A stretch of 64,000 nt of DNA from Gekko japonicus (lineage: Eukaryota). This document shows positions 12,401-26,266 of this stretch, piece after piece. The position numbers and the translations under genes were made by a program. The DNA lies in the NCBI RefSeq assembly GCF_001447785.1, contig NW_015177010.1, positions 972,215 through 1,036,214 of the forward strand. The letters are read 5' to 3'. Under the pieces are notes generated by a model. The model saw nothing but the letters and a program-made list of their open reading frames with translations, was not told the DNA's origin and ran no database searches. The number at the start of each line of letters is the position of its first letter. The stretch's first letter is position 1.

Positions 12401-13190
12401 TCATGCGTTTCTTGTGATCATTGCAAAGTTCAATCCTATTTCCATTTTGAGGCTATTAATACCATCCTTGCAAACATTTGGGATTGCTCTTGTAAATGGT
12501 CTGAAGCTGCATAATATTAAGTGTTCTCCTCTTTCCCATGGTGCGATGTCAAGGATTAGGATGAGAGACAGAATGGAAGCATAGGGCGCCTTGGTAGTAT
12601 CTGTTTTGTTTGCAAATGTACAACCAGAACACAGATGCTGATAACAGGTGACAACACTGCTCATTCTACACTGGCTTCCCAAAGAAACAGTGTGGACACC
12701 TACATATCCTAAGCTGCTTTCTGTCTAGCTAGTTCCTGGTTCTTAGAGAACAAGTTTGTGCCCTTGAGGCTAAAATTAATCAGAGAAGTAGGCAGATGTG
12801 ACCTTGAAGGACATCACAAAGAGCTCCCACTTACATGTTGATATCTCCTCTGCGTTTATAGACAAGAAAGATTACTTGTTGTTTCCAGGATCTATTCACC
12901 TGGCATAGATTTTCCTGGAACGCACTGAATTAAATACAAATAAGGCCTTACTCAATACAGTATTTTCACATTTTAGAGCTATGTGGTGGTCTTCAATGAA
13001 AGTATACTCGCAAGGCACAACTACGTAATTTTAAATCATGCAACAACTATGGCACGCTAAGAATGTCTCTATCACCAAATTCAAGGCAAGTGAATTTTTT
13101 TTAAAAAAAATCTGGATGGAAAAGATCTCTACAACATTGGCCACTAAAGGCCACCAACTCTTTGCATGCAAAGTTGGTCATATGTGCTCA

Positions 13191-13326
13191 CCTGTTTCCC
13201 CGAAAATAAGACCTACCCAAAAAATAAGCCCTAGCAGGGTTTCTATGCATTTGTGGTATAAGCCCTAGTGTGTCTTCTTGAGAAAAAATAAATATAAGAC
13301 AGTGTCTTATTTTCGGGAAAACACGG
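13191..13326. mobile_element. Tc1/mariner-pogo (Tc2-like) MITE
   Basis: TIRs CC(G)TGTTTCCCCGAAAATAAGAC / GTCTTATTTTCGGGAAAACACGG. TA on the right and CA on the left. Confidence 0.78.
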
Positions 13327-13627
13327 TAGCTGTGCCAAGGCCATGGCAACCATGTTCATATGCAGCATGCTGAACTGATACATGACTAGTTTTTCATACC
13401 CAATCACAACTGAGGAAAACAGCCCCTTTGCCACTTTGACGGAGGGCACTCCAAGCCAGGTTGGGATCTGCTCGGAACAAGACAAGATGGTAGCAACAAT
13501 TGGCTTTCACACAAACCGACCAGTCTGAGACAGCCACGCAGCTCAAACAGCCATGTGAATAAATGGCTTTATTTCAGTCTCTCTGGTACTGCCATGTAAA
13601 TAAACAGCCATGTAAATAAATAAATCC

Positions 13628-14152
13628 CTTGTGCGGACCAGGACCGACTTACCTACGGGACCGCCTCTCCCCATATGTGCCCCAGAGAGCCTTGTGCTCG
13701 ATTGATGAACATCTACTGGTGGTCCCTGACCCGAGGGACATCCATTTAGCCTCGGCCAGGGCCAGGGATTTTTCAGCTCTGGCCCCGGCCTGGTGGAACA
13801 AGCTCCCACTTGAGATCAGGGCTCTGTGGGACTTATTATCATTCCACAGGGCCTATAAGATGGAGCTGTTCCACCAGGCCTTTGGTTGACGCAGAGGGCA
13901 TCCAATGAAGCCAGCCTCCCTCACTGAAGCCTGTCGTCATTATTCAGACCAGATTAAGAAGATCTCTGGATCCAATCAGTCCAGCTGAAATTGTGTTTGT
14001 GGTTACACACTGTTAGTTGTTTTTACATGGTATTATTTAATTGTTTTTCAATATCGCTATATATTTATTAATATGTTTTTATCCACTTATGATGTGATCC
14101 GCTCTGAGCCTGTTCATGGGGAGAGCAGAATATAAATCTAAAGAAATAAATC
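13628..14152 (+). mobile_element. L2 LINE 3' fragment (ORF2 C-terminus + 3' UTR)
   Basis: GPTYLRDRLSPYVPQRAL...RDFSALAPAWWNKLPLEIR is the L2 ORF2 C-terminal signature. TAAA-type tail. Confidence 0.8.
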
Positions 14153-14154
14153 TC

Positions 14155-14770
14155 AGCATACTAGACACTGCCCAGTTGAAAATATTTCACTGCAAAGTTC
14201 ATTAAATGACCTCAAAGAAAAAGGAAGGGAGGACTTGGTTCGGCTTCTATTCAACACCTTCATTAACAGCCAAGAGGATAAGGCATATTGTCCTTTGATC
14301 AAGTCTATAGATAATGCTAAACTTAAGAGGGATTTGCCACTGCAGTCGCGGAGAGACCGAAAGTACAAAATGATCCGGAGATCTAAGGGAGATGGGCAAA
14401 TTCAAATAGGATAAGATTTCATTTAGATAAATGTGCACTAATATACTTAGGGGGAAAAACAAATCAGAACACAAGTGCAGAATGAAAGGCATTTGCTTAG
14501 ACAACAGAAATGAAGGGAAGGATTTGGGGGGCGCGAGTGATAAGTGGATAACAAACAGAAATGGAGTTCACTGTACGGCAGCTGTCAAGAAAATCTAGCC
14601 TGGGATATATAAAATGAGGCACTTGCCGAACAGGCAAGTTAAGAGCAAGGCTGTTTTCAGCAACACAGGAGCTAGAGGCACACGTAACCCTGATTCAGGG
14701 GAGGGAGGAATTCATTAAAAATGCAAGAGGCTTGTTGGGCTTGAAAAGTTATGACAACAGAAGTCTTAGG
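14155..14770 (+). mobile_element. Old, highly decayed CR1 RT fragment
   Basis: CTATTCAACACCTTCATTAAC (LFNxFIN), GATAATGCTAAACTT (DDxKL) and AATGGAGTTCACTGT...GCAGCTGTCAAGAAA occur in CR1 RT order. Confidence 0.55.
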
Positions 14771-16350
14771 TCTGGTCTACATATATAGAAGAACAAGTGG
14801 GGGCCCACAAGACTTGTGGGGGGGAATCCCATCCCCCTTTACCTGCTGAGCCCCAGAATAGCTACCACTGGCACAGCTCCAGACTCCTCTGCCACTGCAG
14901 CTGAGAGCCCAGCTGATGCCAACAGGCCCAGAACAGTTTCTGGACACTACCATGACCAGGCCCATAGTGGATCCAGGACACTGCCGCTGCTGCACCTCCA
15001 GGACAGAGAAGGTAAGTCCACTGTCTGTGCATTGCTAGGCAACAGTACAGGTTGGGGGGATTTACCCCCCTCAATTTTGTAGTTTCAAGTTTTTCTGCAA
15101 ACCATGGGGGTCCCCCAAGTTTGCAGAAATATATGTTTACTGACAGTGTGGGCCCGAGCTACAGATTTAGATATCCACAGATCAGCCCACAATTGGCTAT
15201 TTGATAGACAGATGAGGCAGGAATGAGATGCCAGAGACCTGAGATACTAGAAAAGACTGCAGGCAGTAGAGTGCAGACTTTAAAACTCCCCACAGGTTAA
15301 AAAAAAAAATAGCATAGCACAAAGGTTCTGCCCCCTTTCTTTGCTGACTGTGCTGCTTTTCTGTTTGTTTTTAACAGACAGGAGCCTTCTAAAATATGAT
15401 CTTCCGTGACCCTTCATCCGCTGCCTATGCAGTCCATTCTGCCACCTCAGGATTCTCTGCTGCTACCATTTTCCCCCTCTGTGTGGGTGAACCAGGCCTT
15501 AGATTGCCAAGGAAGATCCTTATTTTATGGAACCAGCCGACCATGGCTTCATTTAAACAAAATAGCAGGGCACAGACGATATCACCTCACATTATTCTGA
15601 ATGTTTTACCGCCAGGAGGGGCTGCCATGATCAGTCAGGGCATTTGCACATAATAATGTCATACATGCATATATCACTGAAAATTATTAGCCTGTGTATT
15701 AAAAAAATAAGACTTGCATTGTGTCTAACTTGTGACAGCTGGCAGCTAATCGACAACACTAGAGACTGTATTCACATATCATCCTTCTGTTTACCGTGGA
15801 TGTTGATAACAAAAATACTGATTGCACTGCTGAAGCTTGACATCGGGAATTATAACTCCAGAGTTCATTGCTATAGCTCCTATAACTTATGAGGTACAAC
15901 AGTTCTTTACAAAAGCTAGGCATGTCCTGATAGCATAACTGCAAGTCAGAACACCAACAAATGGGAACACTTGTTCTTTTTTATTGGAAAACAAAGGATG
16001 TAAAACCCTTAAGCTGATAGGTCCTATTGTAAACTGCATGAGTGAGCATATTTTCTTACATTGTTCAGCTTTGCTAGTCATTGTGAAAAACCCACTGACG
16101 TGATTAAAATATGCACACTTCCTTCTCTTATGTCAGTGATGCCCAAACACCTTAGTGTGAGCAGAAATAAGGATGACTTCTCAGTTTTCTGGCTACCCTG
16201 TGGCAAACATCACTCATTCATTTCTCACTTAGCTGTACTTTCCATAATTCCTATCCTCTATTGCTCCATCTGGAGGGCTTCTAAGCCACAGCCTCCCTTG
16301 AGTCTATCTTTCAATCACATCTTTATCCTATCTCTCCGCATGGGAGATAT

Positions 16351-17565
16351 GGGATAAAAGGACAAGTTTTATGGATCAAAAACTGGCTAATTAATAGTAA
16401 ACAGAGAGTATAAATGGGCAATTTTCTCAGTGGAGGGTGGTAAGCAGTGGGGTACCGCAGGGATCAGTACTTGGTCCACTGCTTTTTAACTTGTTCATTA
16501 ATGATTTGGAGTTGGGAGTAAGCAGTGAAGTGGCTAAATTTGCGGATGATACGAAGTTGTTCAGGGTGGTGAAAACCAGTGAGGATTGTGAGGCAGTCCA
16601 AAGGGATCTGTCAAGGATGGGCGAGTGAGTGTCAACATGGCAAATGGGGTTCAATGTGGCCAAGTGCAAGGTGATGCACATTGGAACCAAAAATTCTAAA
16701 TATAAATACACATTGATGGGCTCTGAACTGGCAGAGACTGATCAAGAGAGAGATCTTGGAGTTGTAGTAGATACCTAACTGAAAATGTCGAGACAGTGTG
16801 TGACTGCAATAAAGAAGGCCAATGCTATGCTGGGGATTATTAGGAAGGGTATTGAAAACAGATTGGCCAATATCATAATGCCCCTATATAAATCAATGGT
16901 GAGACCTCATTTGGAATACTGTGTGCAGTTCTGCTCACCACACCTTAAAAAGGATCTTATAGCCTTGGAAAAAGTGCAGAAAAGGGCAACTCGAATGATA
17001 AAAGGGTTGGAACACTTTCCCTATGAGGAAAGGTTAAAGCGCTTAGGGCTCTTTAGCTTGAAGAAATGATGACTGAGGGGAGACATGATTGAGGTTTATA
17101 AGATTATGCATGGGATAGAGCAGGTAGAGAAAGAGGTACTTTTCTCCCTTTCTCACAATAGAAGAACTTGTGAGCACTCAATGAAATTGCTGAGTGGTCA
17201 GGTTAGAAGGGATAAAAGGAAGTACTTCTTCACCGAAAGAGTGATTAACACATGGAATTCACTGCCACAGGAAGTAGTGACGGCTACAAGCATGGACGGC
17301 TTCAAAAGGGAATTAGATAAGCATATGGAGCAGAGGTCCATCAGTGGCTATTAGCCACAAGGTATAGATAGTGGCTCTGGGGCAAGTAATGCTCTGTCTT
17401 CTTGGTGCTGGGGGGGTCAACAGTGGGAGGGCTTCTAATGTCCTGGCTCCACTGGTGGACCTCCTGATGGCACTGGTATTTCTGGCCACTGTGTGACACA
17501 GAGTGTTGGACTGGATGGGCCTTTGGCCTGATCCAACATTGGCGTCTCTTATGTTCTTATGTTCT
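16351..17565 (+). mobile_element. 5'-truncated CR1 LINE with stops and small deletions
   Basis: SGVPQGSVLGPLLFNLFINDL...KFADDTKL. Near-identical to 36237-37465, with a (TTATGTTC)n tail. Confidence 0.95.
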
Positions 17566-18774
17566 AAGGAGGCAGCATAATATGGGTTGGGTTCAGTGAT
17601 GGGTGAGCAGAAGGGAAAGTGTACTTAGTGAAGTTCCACTTATGTAAATAATAATGCAAGGGTTGTAGCAACACACAGCACATAACAAAGTGAATACGGA
17701 GCAATGGAATGTACAGACAATTGGCATTATTTTATTTAACTTGCTTTTGAAATGGCATCAGAAGTGACTTATACTATGTCTTGCACACAAATTTTTCACT
17801 TAGCACAAGCAAGAAACAATTGCACAAGGATGGTTGCACACATGAAAATCTTTCATGGGATCCAACCCATAGTTCTTCCTGCCTCCATTTTATACTCATT
17901 GCAACACTGTGAAATAGATTAGGCCAAAAGAAAATAACAGGCCCGAAGTCATTCAATGAGCTTGATAGCTGAATGGAGATTTGAACTCCAGTCCTAGTCT
18001 GACACTCAAACATTATACTGTATTATGTTTCTCACAGATAATTTCCTGGTGGAGTTTCCTACTGTCAATGATATTCATACATTCCTGGGTTTAATTAATA
18101 AGGGTCTTCAAGTGACATACCTTCCTACAGCCCAGATGTGTTGGGAATAGGGCAACCAAGTTCCTGCTGCCCCAGCTCTCATTGCCCATCGGCACTCTAA
18201 TAGCCAGTGGGAGGGAAATTTTAAAAAATCACTGTCAGGTGATGGCATGAAGTCACTTCCAGGAAAAACTCAGAAGTGATGTCACACCTCTCTAGGAATC
18301 ACCAGAGGCACGATGGTAAAACCATAATGTTTCTGGAAATTTCTACACAGCCATGGTTTTTATAAGTGCTACAAGTTACATGAATCATACTGTCCCTCGT
18401 GGGTTCTCATTTTTTACTTGAGAGGACACATTTTTAAAGACATTTTTTTTATTTTTCAAAGAGACAATTCCACAGTGCCACTTATACACACACATATGTG
18501 AGACAATAAATCACATCATCACCCAACACCTTCTTCTGTCACACCCCTTCCCCCCCAATTTCCTGCCAGTTAGGATGTTTATTTTGTGCCAAAATGTTTG
18601 GTGATACCCAGAACAATTTTTACTTTCTTTAAAAATACCTACTGTCTAAGCCACCTGGAGTTTAAGTCTTAGTAAGTTTGATAAGGTGAAGTTATAGGTA
18701 TGCATGCACAGGGGCTACACTCTCATTGTGGCACTGGCTTTTTGGTGGACTAGAAGCTTATGACACAATACTGG

Positions 18775-19039
18775 TAGGGTTGCCATCCCCCCGATGGGGA
18801 CGGGGGGGTTACCCACTTTCGGGGCCCCAATATGCCGCTCAGCTGGCCAGCTGGGGAGCCCGACGTAACCATAGAGTTTTTCCTCAAATGCTAGAGCATC
18901 CCCCCGCAATGTGCCCTGCGCAATGACATCAGCTCTGGGTAACACCATCACAGCACGTACACTTCGTGCTCACACCAGGATATCCAGGACAGTGGGCTGG
19001 AGCCCCCCGCCGGCAGCAGATAGGGACCTGGCAACCCTA
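18775..19039. mobile_element. hAT-type MITE, TAGGGTTGCCA family
   Basis: TAGGGTTGCCA ... TGGCAACCCTA termini. The body is the reverse-orientation relative of 5471-5856. No TSD seen. Confidence 0.7.
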
Positions 19040-19867
19040 CTTCAAGGTGCTACAATATTATTCTATGTCTGTGCAACAGAGTGACATGGCTACATTTCTG
19101 GAATTTATTAAGTGGGCAGCATTATCGGATTTCAATAAGGAAAGTGTTAGATACTCTTCCTTCTACAACCCACCAATGCTGCAGTTATTGTCTTTGATTT
19201 ATAGTCCTAAATTTGATTAAATAACTCTCCTTTAACCATCATACAGATACTTTTCTTTAAAAATACAGCAAATTCCAGTGGGTTTTTTCCACTGCAATTA
19301 CTGTATTCATATATACTATGGTTATAAATTCCCTTTTCTTTATAACTGTTAGAAGTTACATGAATCATATTGTCCCTCACAGGTTCTCATTTTTTACTTG
19401 AGAGGGCACATTTTTAAAGAGATAATTATTTTTATTTTCAAAGAGAGCATTCACAGTCCCACTCATACACACACATATGTGAGATGATAAATCTCACCAA
19501 AGGACAGAAATTGCAGCTATTTTCTCCTTGGACAATCACTGCTTATAGTGGAAAATTATACTGCAATAGGTGTTTTAGTCATGTGGCAAAGTGTTTGGGT
19601 GGGCGTCAGAGCATCTGAATGAATGACTGATACTCATCTCCTTTGTTCTGTTCTTTAAATGGAAAAAAAGTTAAAATGACATCAGTGCCAGAGTCATCCA
19701 GCTAGCTCTATATTGACACAAGACCACACCAGCAGAACTGCTTTTCAATACTGTGCTGTATGAATTAAGCTAATCATTATATGCTTCTAAAATGCCTATT
19801 TCTATATCAGATAATTGACAGGCCTCACAGTGTAATTTGTATGTCACAATATATTTGGTCATGGAAG

Positions 19868-20137
19868 TAGGGTTGCCATATGCCCAATGGGACACGAGAT
19901 CTGCCGCCGTGCCACACACACACACACACACCGGCACGGCATACAGGCATTCCTGTGGCTAGCAGGAGAATTTGTTCTAAAAAAATATTGTCCGCGACTG
20001 TGTGACATTACTTCCAGGAAAAACCTGGAAGTGACATCATGCCTCTCTCAAAATTTACAAAAACTCTATAATTTTACCCCCCATGTCCCTGCTCCCCCAG
20101 TCTCTCACTCGTTGCCAGGTCAGGCCTGAGAACGCTA
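19868..20137. mobile_element. hAT-type MITE, TAGGGTTGCCA family
   Basis: TAGGGTTGCCA ... TGAGAACGCTA termini. Degenerate 8-bp TSD CATGGAAG / GGTGGAAG. Confidence 0.68.
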
Positions 20138-22778
20138 GGTGGAAGGTTTCTTCGGTCATCCTCAGCCGATGGGGCTTCTGCATTGATTTCAACAAATGCA
20201 AATGTGCAACAACCAGGGAACTAGAATAACCAACTGCAAAGGAAGATCCCTTGCTGTACCTTTACAAGTTCATGAGGGAACAGGGGATTCTAGCATATTG
20301 GGGGTGGACAAAAAAAAGGTGCACCTGCTTTTGAAATATTGCATAGGAGCTTGTCCTCTTTTGTCCCTGTATAAAGGGGAAGTCTCAGGCAATGAGTAAC
20401 AGGGGCAGCTGACCCATGCTGGGGGGACCCAGACTGCTCATGGCCTTGCCCCCCGATAGAGGGGGGGGACTGAAGAAAAGGAGTGGACTCCTGCCACTGC
20501 TGCTCACAACCGTCCTGTCCAGGGCTTGAGCTGCCTGCTTGCAGGAAACCCACTTGCACCCAGTCCATCTGGGGCTCAGGCAGCCAGCTTCTGCCGACAC
20601 ATGGGGTGGGGGCTGCTCCTTGCTTGGTCTTGGCAGGGGACCAGCAATGAATCTGGCTCCATTCTGTACTTTTGCACAGGGCCCCAGAATCAATAACACT
20701 GTCTGTATGACAGTGAATAAAATCAGCATTCGACAGCCCAATCACTTCAACTGCACCAATCAAAAGCAAGTTACTACTGATCATCCATAACACGGCAGAA
20801 ATCACAAAATATCATAGCCTGCTTTATCTCTAGCTTGAATACTTCTTAGAGTAGAATTTTAGGGTGGTACCTTCCTTTTCCACTAGAATTTTGCTTTCCT
20901 GCACTGTTTAAGCTTTTACTCAACAGAGGATTATCATATGAGGCTGGGAGGCAGCACGGAGAAGTTGAAGCAAGTAAACGTACCATGTGAGGGATTCCAA
21001 CAACCAAAGGAAGTGTGAAAAGTGCAGCAGCCCAAGTGAGCCATGGCCAGATTCTGTGGTTAAGGGATGGGAAAGCACACCAGAAAGCATAGCAAATGGC
21101 TGCTAACTGGCACAGCTTTGAAAATAAAGACAATCAAATGAGAACCCCGTCAGCCAGCAGGTCCAAGAAGCACCATTTCCCCCTTATTTTGCTTCCAATT
21201 TGCTAATTAATAGCATCAAGAGGCAGAGAAAATACATCTTTAACATTCCCATGGTAAAATTTCTCCTGCAGGTTTCCTCAATAAAGTGCAACATAAGGGC
21301 TTCCCATTTCTTCCCTCATTGTGTTCCAATTTCACCACAAAAAAGTGTTTTGCAAGAAGATATAACCACAGAAACACTGCTGCAAAAAGTCATCTTGTAG
21401 TGAATTGTCACACACAAAATGATCTTACACAGGATACCCTAAGGCTCAAACTACTTGAAAATGCAGATAACCCAACAGTATGCTGAGATGAGAAACAGCT
21501 GCTGAGAGCAAATAAAGAGCAGAGACACTTCACCCCCTTGCCTCCTCATCTCCTCAAGGGGCTGGGTTTCGTTTTTTAAAGCAACCCCCACCTTTGCTAA
21601 GATTGCACCTCACGCCCTAGAGTGCCAGAGGGTCCTTTGGTTCAATATTATGAACCACAGCTACAACAGCTCTTAGTAATTTTTCACATCCAGGCTTGCA
21701 AGTCTCTCCCCCCACACACACACCCATTGTCCAAAGTGACAGAATCTGAACTGGAGAGGAATGGATAGAAAGGAAATTCATTGAACCAAACACCTTCTCC
21801 TGAGAGACATCCTGTCTTTATGGGTATATAGGGAAAGCCAGAATCCAGAAGCTGCTGGGATTATAATCAATAGCAAATGTTAAGATATAATGTATGGAAT
21901 GGGTCTGTTGGTTTTCTGTGCAGGCTAATTAGTAACATGCCGCATAATGCATGGTATGCGCAGTGCTCCATGTTTGGCAAATGTGGGCCCAATACAAAAG
22001 GATGGCATGGCTGGACTTTCTGTAGCAACATGTGGCTTTTATTTGTACAGCTCACTGAAGAGATGCACCAAAGCAACGGACAATAAACTAAATGCAGATT
22101 AGCCAGAGTGGTACATATTAGAATAAATAACTACAGATACAGCTGTTAAAAGCAGCTGTGATTTATTTTATTCTAAATAAAACCTCACCATCCAAGATGG
22201 GGATTAAATATTGCATGCAAAAAAAGGAGTAGTTTAATAATAAAAAAAAACCTTCACTGTATATCTGAGAGAACAAAACAAAAAAATGTCTATGGTAAGT
22301 TGTACAGGAAAGTCCAGTTCAAATACAAGTATAATAGACTGCAATGCAGCTAATGATGATAAATATGCTTCACCAGAGAAATGTGGTAAGAGAAAGAAAA
22401 GCTTTGATACTTGCCAAACTGCTGATAATATTGCCTTATCATTCTTTAATAAATGCAGGATGATTCTGACATTCTGCTATGAATTGTAGGTTGGAGGGAG
22501 GAGAATTGTATTCACATATATGTTCATGTACCTACAAACAGTTAAAACTATTGAGCACACTGTACTGTCTTATTGTCATGGCCTTCAGACATTCTGCTAG
22601 TCATGTGGAAGCCACTTCCATGATAGCAACTCCTACACAGCTGAAAGAATACTTAAATGACGTGATCGCACTGCCAGGGACTGACTGCATGGATTTTCCC
22701 ATGATTGAGGCTGTTGAGAGAGGGGATTGTATTGGGAGGTAGTGCTTTTCCAAGGGTTGAGTCTCTTAAATATTCTCC

Positions 22779-23341
22779 TAGTCATGTGCATTCAGCATAA
22801 ACCGAGCCGGAAAAATACCAAAAAAAATACCTTACTGGTATTTTTCAGTTATTATTTAAGCCGAATCCAGATCAAAGAATCTGATCGGCTACTGGTATAG
22901 CTGAGCTCAAATAAAAGCCAATTTTTTTCAGCTTTTATTCAGGTATATTCAGCTATACCACTAGGCTCTTCTTGCAGCTCAGTTTAAACTGAGCTGCAAG
23001 GGGAGCCAGCTCAGGATCAGCAGGGGTGGCGGAAGCTGCAAGAGTAGCCAGCCCCAGCCGAGGCAGCACGGAGCTCTCAACTCCCACCACCCCAGCCAAT
23101 CCTGGACTGGCTCCTCTTGCAGCTCAATTCTCCATTATACCCTATGGGGACCACTGATTATAATGGTCCCCATAGGGTATAATGGAGCCAAAAAAAATTG
23201 ATTTCCAAAATATTTCCCAATTCCAAATACCATACCAATATTAGGATGTGAGAATATCAGAAAATACTGATATTTTTTCAGGTTCAATATACCCAAACCT
23301 GAAAAATACCAGGTTTGGTGGGGGCGGGTTGCACACCCCTA
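22779..23341. mobile_element. Non-autonomous DNA transposon (hAT-like) with internal palindromes
   Basis: Ends TAGTCATGTGCA / TGCACACCCCTA, subterminal AAAAATACC repeats and two internal hairpins. No TSD found. Confidence 0.6.
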
Positions 23342-23368
23342 GTAAGGACTGGAAAAATGTCTACCGAG

Positions 23369-23615
23369 AGCCAGCATGGTGTAGCGGTTAAGAGTGGTGG
23401 GCTCTAATTTGGAGAACCAGGTTTGATTCCCCAGTCCTCCACATGAAGCCTGCGGGGTGACCTTGGGCCAGTTACAGTTCTCTCAGAACTCTTTCATCCC
23501 CACCTACCTCACAAGGTGCCCATTGTGAGCATGGAAAGGGGAGGGAAGGGGATTGTAATCTGCTTTGAGAATCCTTAAGGTAGAGAAAAGTGGGATATAA
23601 AAACATACTCTTCTT
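23369..23615 (+). mobile_element. Squamate tRNA-derived SINE (Squam3-like)
   Basis: Same head and body as 4251-4457, with an (TCT) tail. Confidence 0.8.
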
Positions 23616-23894
23616 TTTCTAAAGGGAATCTGAGACAGGAGTTTCATGTAGAAGAAGCCAAGTTATACAAACTCCTGAACTGTTTTGTTTGATCATGACA
23701 ATCTTAGCAGAGCAAGAACTGATGTACATTATCACACTTGGACCTTTAATGTGAGGCATAATTCCTCTGCTTGTTTGGGATTCTGACAAAGGCCCACATA
23801 TGGTAATAACAGGTAGTGGCAAGAGAGGTTACAAGAGCTGTTACGCCATAACCTTGCCTTACATATTCCAAAACCAGAAAGGAGCAGAAGTGGT

Positions 23895-24110
23895 TGCTAT
23901 TTCATGCCAACTGCTCAGCTCTGGGTTAGGAAATTCCCGGAGATTTTGGAAAGTGGAGCCTAGAGAGGGGACGGACCCCAGTGGGGTATAATGCCATAGA
24001 TGCCACTCTCCAAGACAGCCATTTTATCCAGGGGAACAGATCTCTGTAGTCTGCAGATTGGTTGTAATTCCAGGAGATTTCCAAGTCCTACCAGAAGGCT
24101 GGCATCCCTA
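23895..24110. mobile_element. hAT-type MITE, second TAGGGTTGCCA subfamily (related copies 30585-30780 and 49400-49615)
   Basis: Shared GGAAATTCC..GAGATTT..GGG..AGCCATTTT..CCAGGGGAAC.GATCTCTGTAG.CTG core. Ends TGGCATCCCTA. Confidence 0.62.
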
Positions 24111-26266
24111 GCAACTGCAGAGAGTAGCCATTTTTCTTTGGCTGCTGCAGCAACTAACCTGTTTTAAATAAATAAAGTCTCCTCTGGCTAGGCAAAGGCC
24201 AGAGCAAACAAGGAGTGCCTGCTTTAAAAATACAGTGATGGCTGTTGAGGTTGGCCTCATTTCTTCTCTTTCAGAATACTGGGTGGGGGCGTCACTTACC
24301 AGGAAGTGAACTCTATCTTGCCCCTCTTGACTATTCAGATTGCTGTTGCAAGGAGTCCCCTTCTTTCCCTCAGAATTCCAAACAGACAGAAGATGACTTC
24401 CACTGTTGTGTCCTCTGGACATTTGTCACCAAAGGGGGAAAACTGAGGTGGAGGAGGACTTATCCATGTTCTCTACCACAGTTCTTCTCCTGCAAGAGTA
24501 TCTGTCTGTATCCTGCCTTTCCACCCAAGAAGCCTAAATGACTTGCCTTTGGCCATCTGGAAAGCTGGACCGAAATCTGATCCTGTATTTACCATTAAGC
24601 CTCTTAAAAATGCTTTTAAAATCATCTGTTTCTGTACTGAGGTGGGGGCATCTCTGCCTTCCACTCCATGTGACAAAAAGGAAGTTCACAAAGATATCCT
24701 GTGACATCTTTGCTACACCTGTCTCATCTTATGTGCTGTACAGGCTGGGATGGAGGAGAACCTGCAATTCTGATATGACTTTTACACAGGGTGGGGAGGG
24801 ACCCAACTGGTCCATCTTGCCCAGTATACTCTTGTAGCAGTGGATCACCAAGGTTTAGGAAGAGACCCTGATACTTGAGATCATTTTAACTGGAGGTGCT
24901 GGGAATTCAAACCAAGATGTAATGCATGTAAGGCACATGCTTTCTACTACTAAGTTACAATCCCTCCCCTAAAACTACAGCTTCCTGCAACAGACCACGC
25001 AGCCAGCCAGCATGCCACCAGTATTTCTCAGGCAATCCCAATGTAGGTGAAAACATCAGACTGGAAGCAAAAGCTGCAGAACTCCAACTGATCTTAATGG
25101 GGCAGGACTGTACCAAGCACTGAGAAATCCTCTGGAGATCAGCCTTAAACTGGGTCCCATGTCCTTGTTACGGTGGAAGAACTGGCAAGGCTGCTGCTTT
25201 GTCTAATGTAGGAGTCATAATGAAACACACCTTTTCATTAATGGAAGGTCAGATAAAGCCTGAGAACTATGGTTATTTTAAAAAAAAAAAGATCATTCAA
25301 TTTATTCACCCGTTCTTCAGAGCACTACATTCTTGTAAAAAATACTGTTACAAACTGAGAGAAGATGCCAATTTAGAAACTGCAGACATTTCCAATAGGT
25401 AGCCCCTGAAAAGTATTTGAAATACAGCTGCCATCAGGACGAATCTTTCTTTTTTACTGAGACTAAAACAACAGAATTCTTAAGGATTTTATAGTGCTCA
25501 CGTTCAGGGCCTCCTCTGGATGCGGTCAAGTGTCTTGGCAAGATTCTGGTACAGTCACAGAAGGAGCTACAGGATCAGGATTTCGTTTTGCTTTAGCTGA
25601 CACCTTTTATTGCCTTTCTGTCTATGGAACAAATGCAAGAGACGGCTCCACAGGGGGAAAGGGGCTTTAAAAGGCACTTCAACTCCCAATCACCAAACAG
25701 ACCCAGCTGGACAGAGGACTGTCCAGCAATTTCACAAGATTGGAAGCATTATGTTCCTTCCTCCTGCCGTTTCTGCTTGCATTAAAGCAGCTGGAGCAAG
25801 CACTGTTTAATTTCCATTTGGTTTCCATTATGTGCTCTGCTCCAAGGCACAGATCTCTGGCTTCTCCCTAACAGTAAAAACAATACAAAATACAAAGATA
25901 AATAAATTGTCCTAAGGTCACCCAGTATCGGGGGGGGGACATGTTTATTGTGCCTATAAATTTAATTTAAATTAAATGATTCAAACAGCAGGAGCACCTC
26001 CCATACCCAAATTATGTTGAGGACTACAGAAACAACTACCCATTTCAGCACCTGCTGCTGTTATTTGATATGCACAGGGTTGACAAGGCTTGAAGTTTGG
26101 ACCAGTTTGGACCAGTTTTATAATCAGCTCCCAAATGAATTCCTCCTCCTACCTAAAATAGGAGAGTTCAATAAGAAATGGAGGTCCCCCTGGAGCTGTC
26201 ACATAAGGACAGCTTTAACTGGGCAGGCCTGGGGACAAGTCAAGAGTACAATGCTTCCTGCATAGT

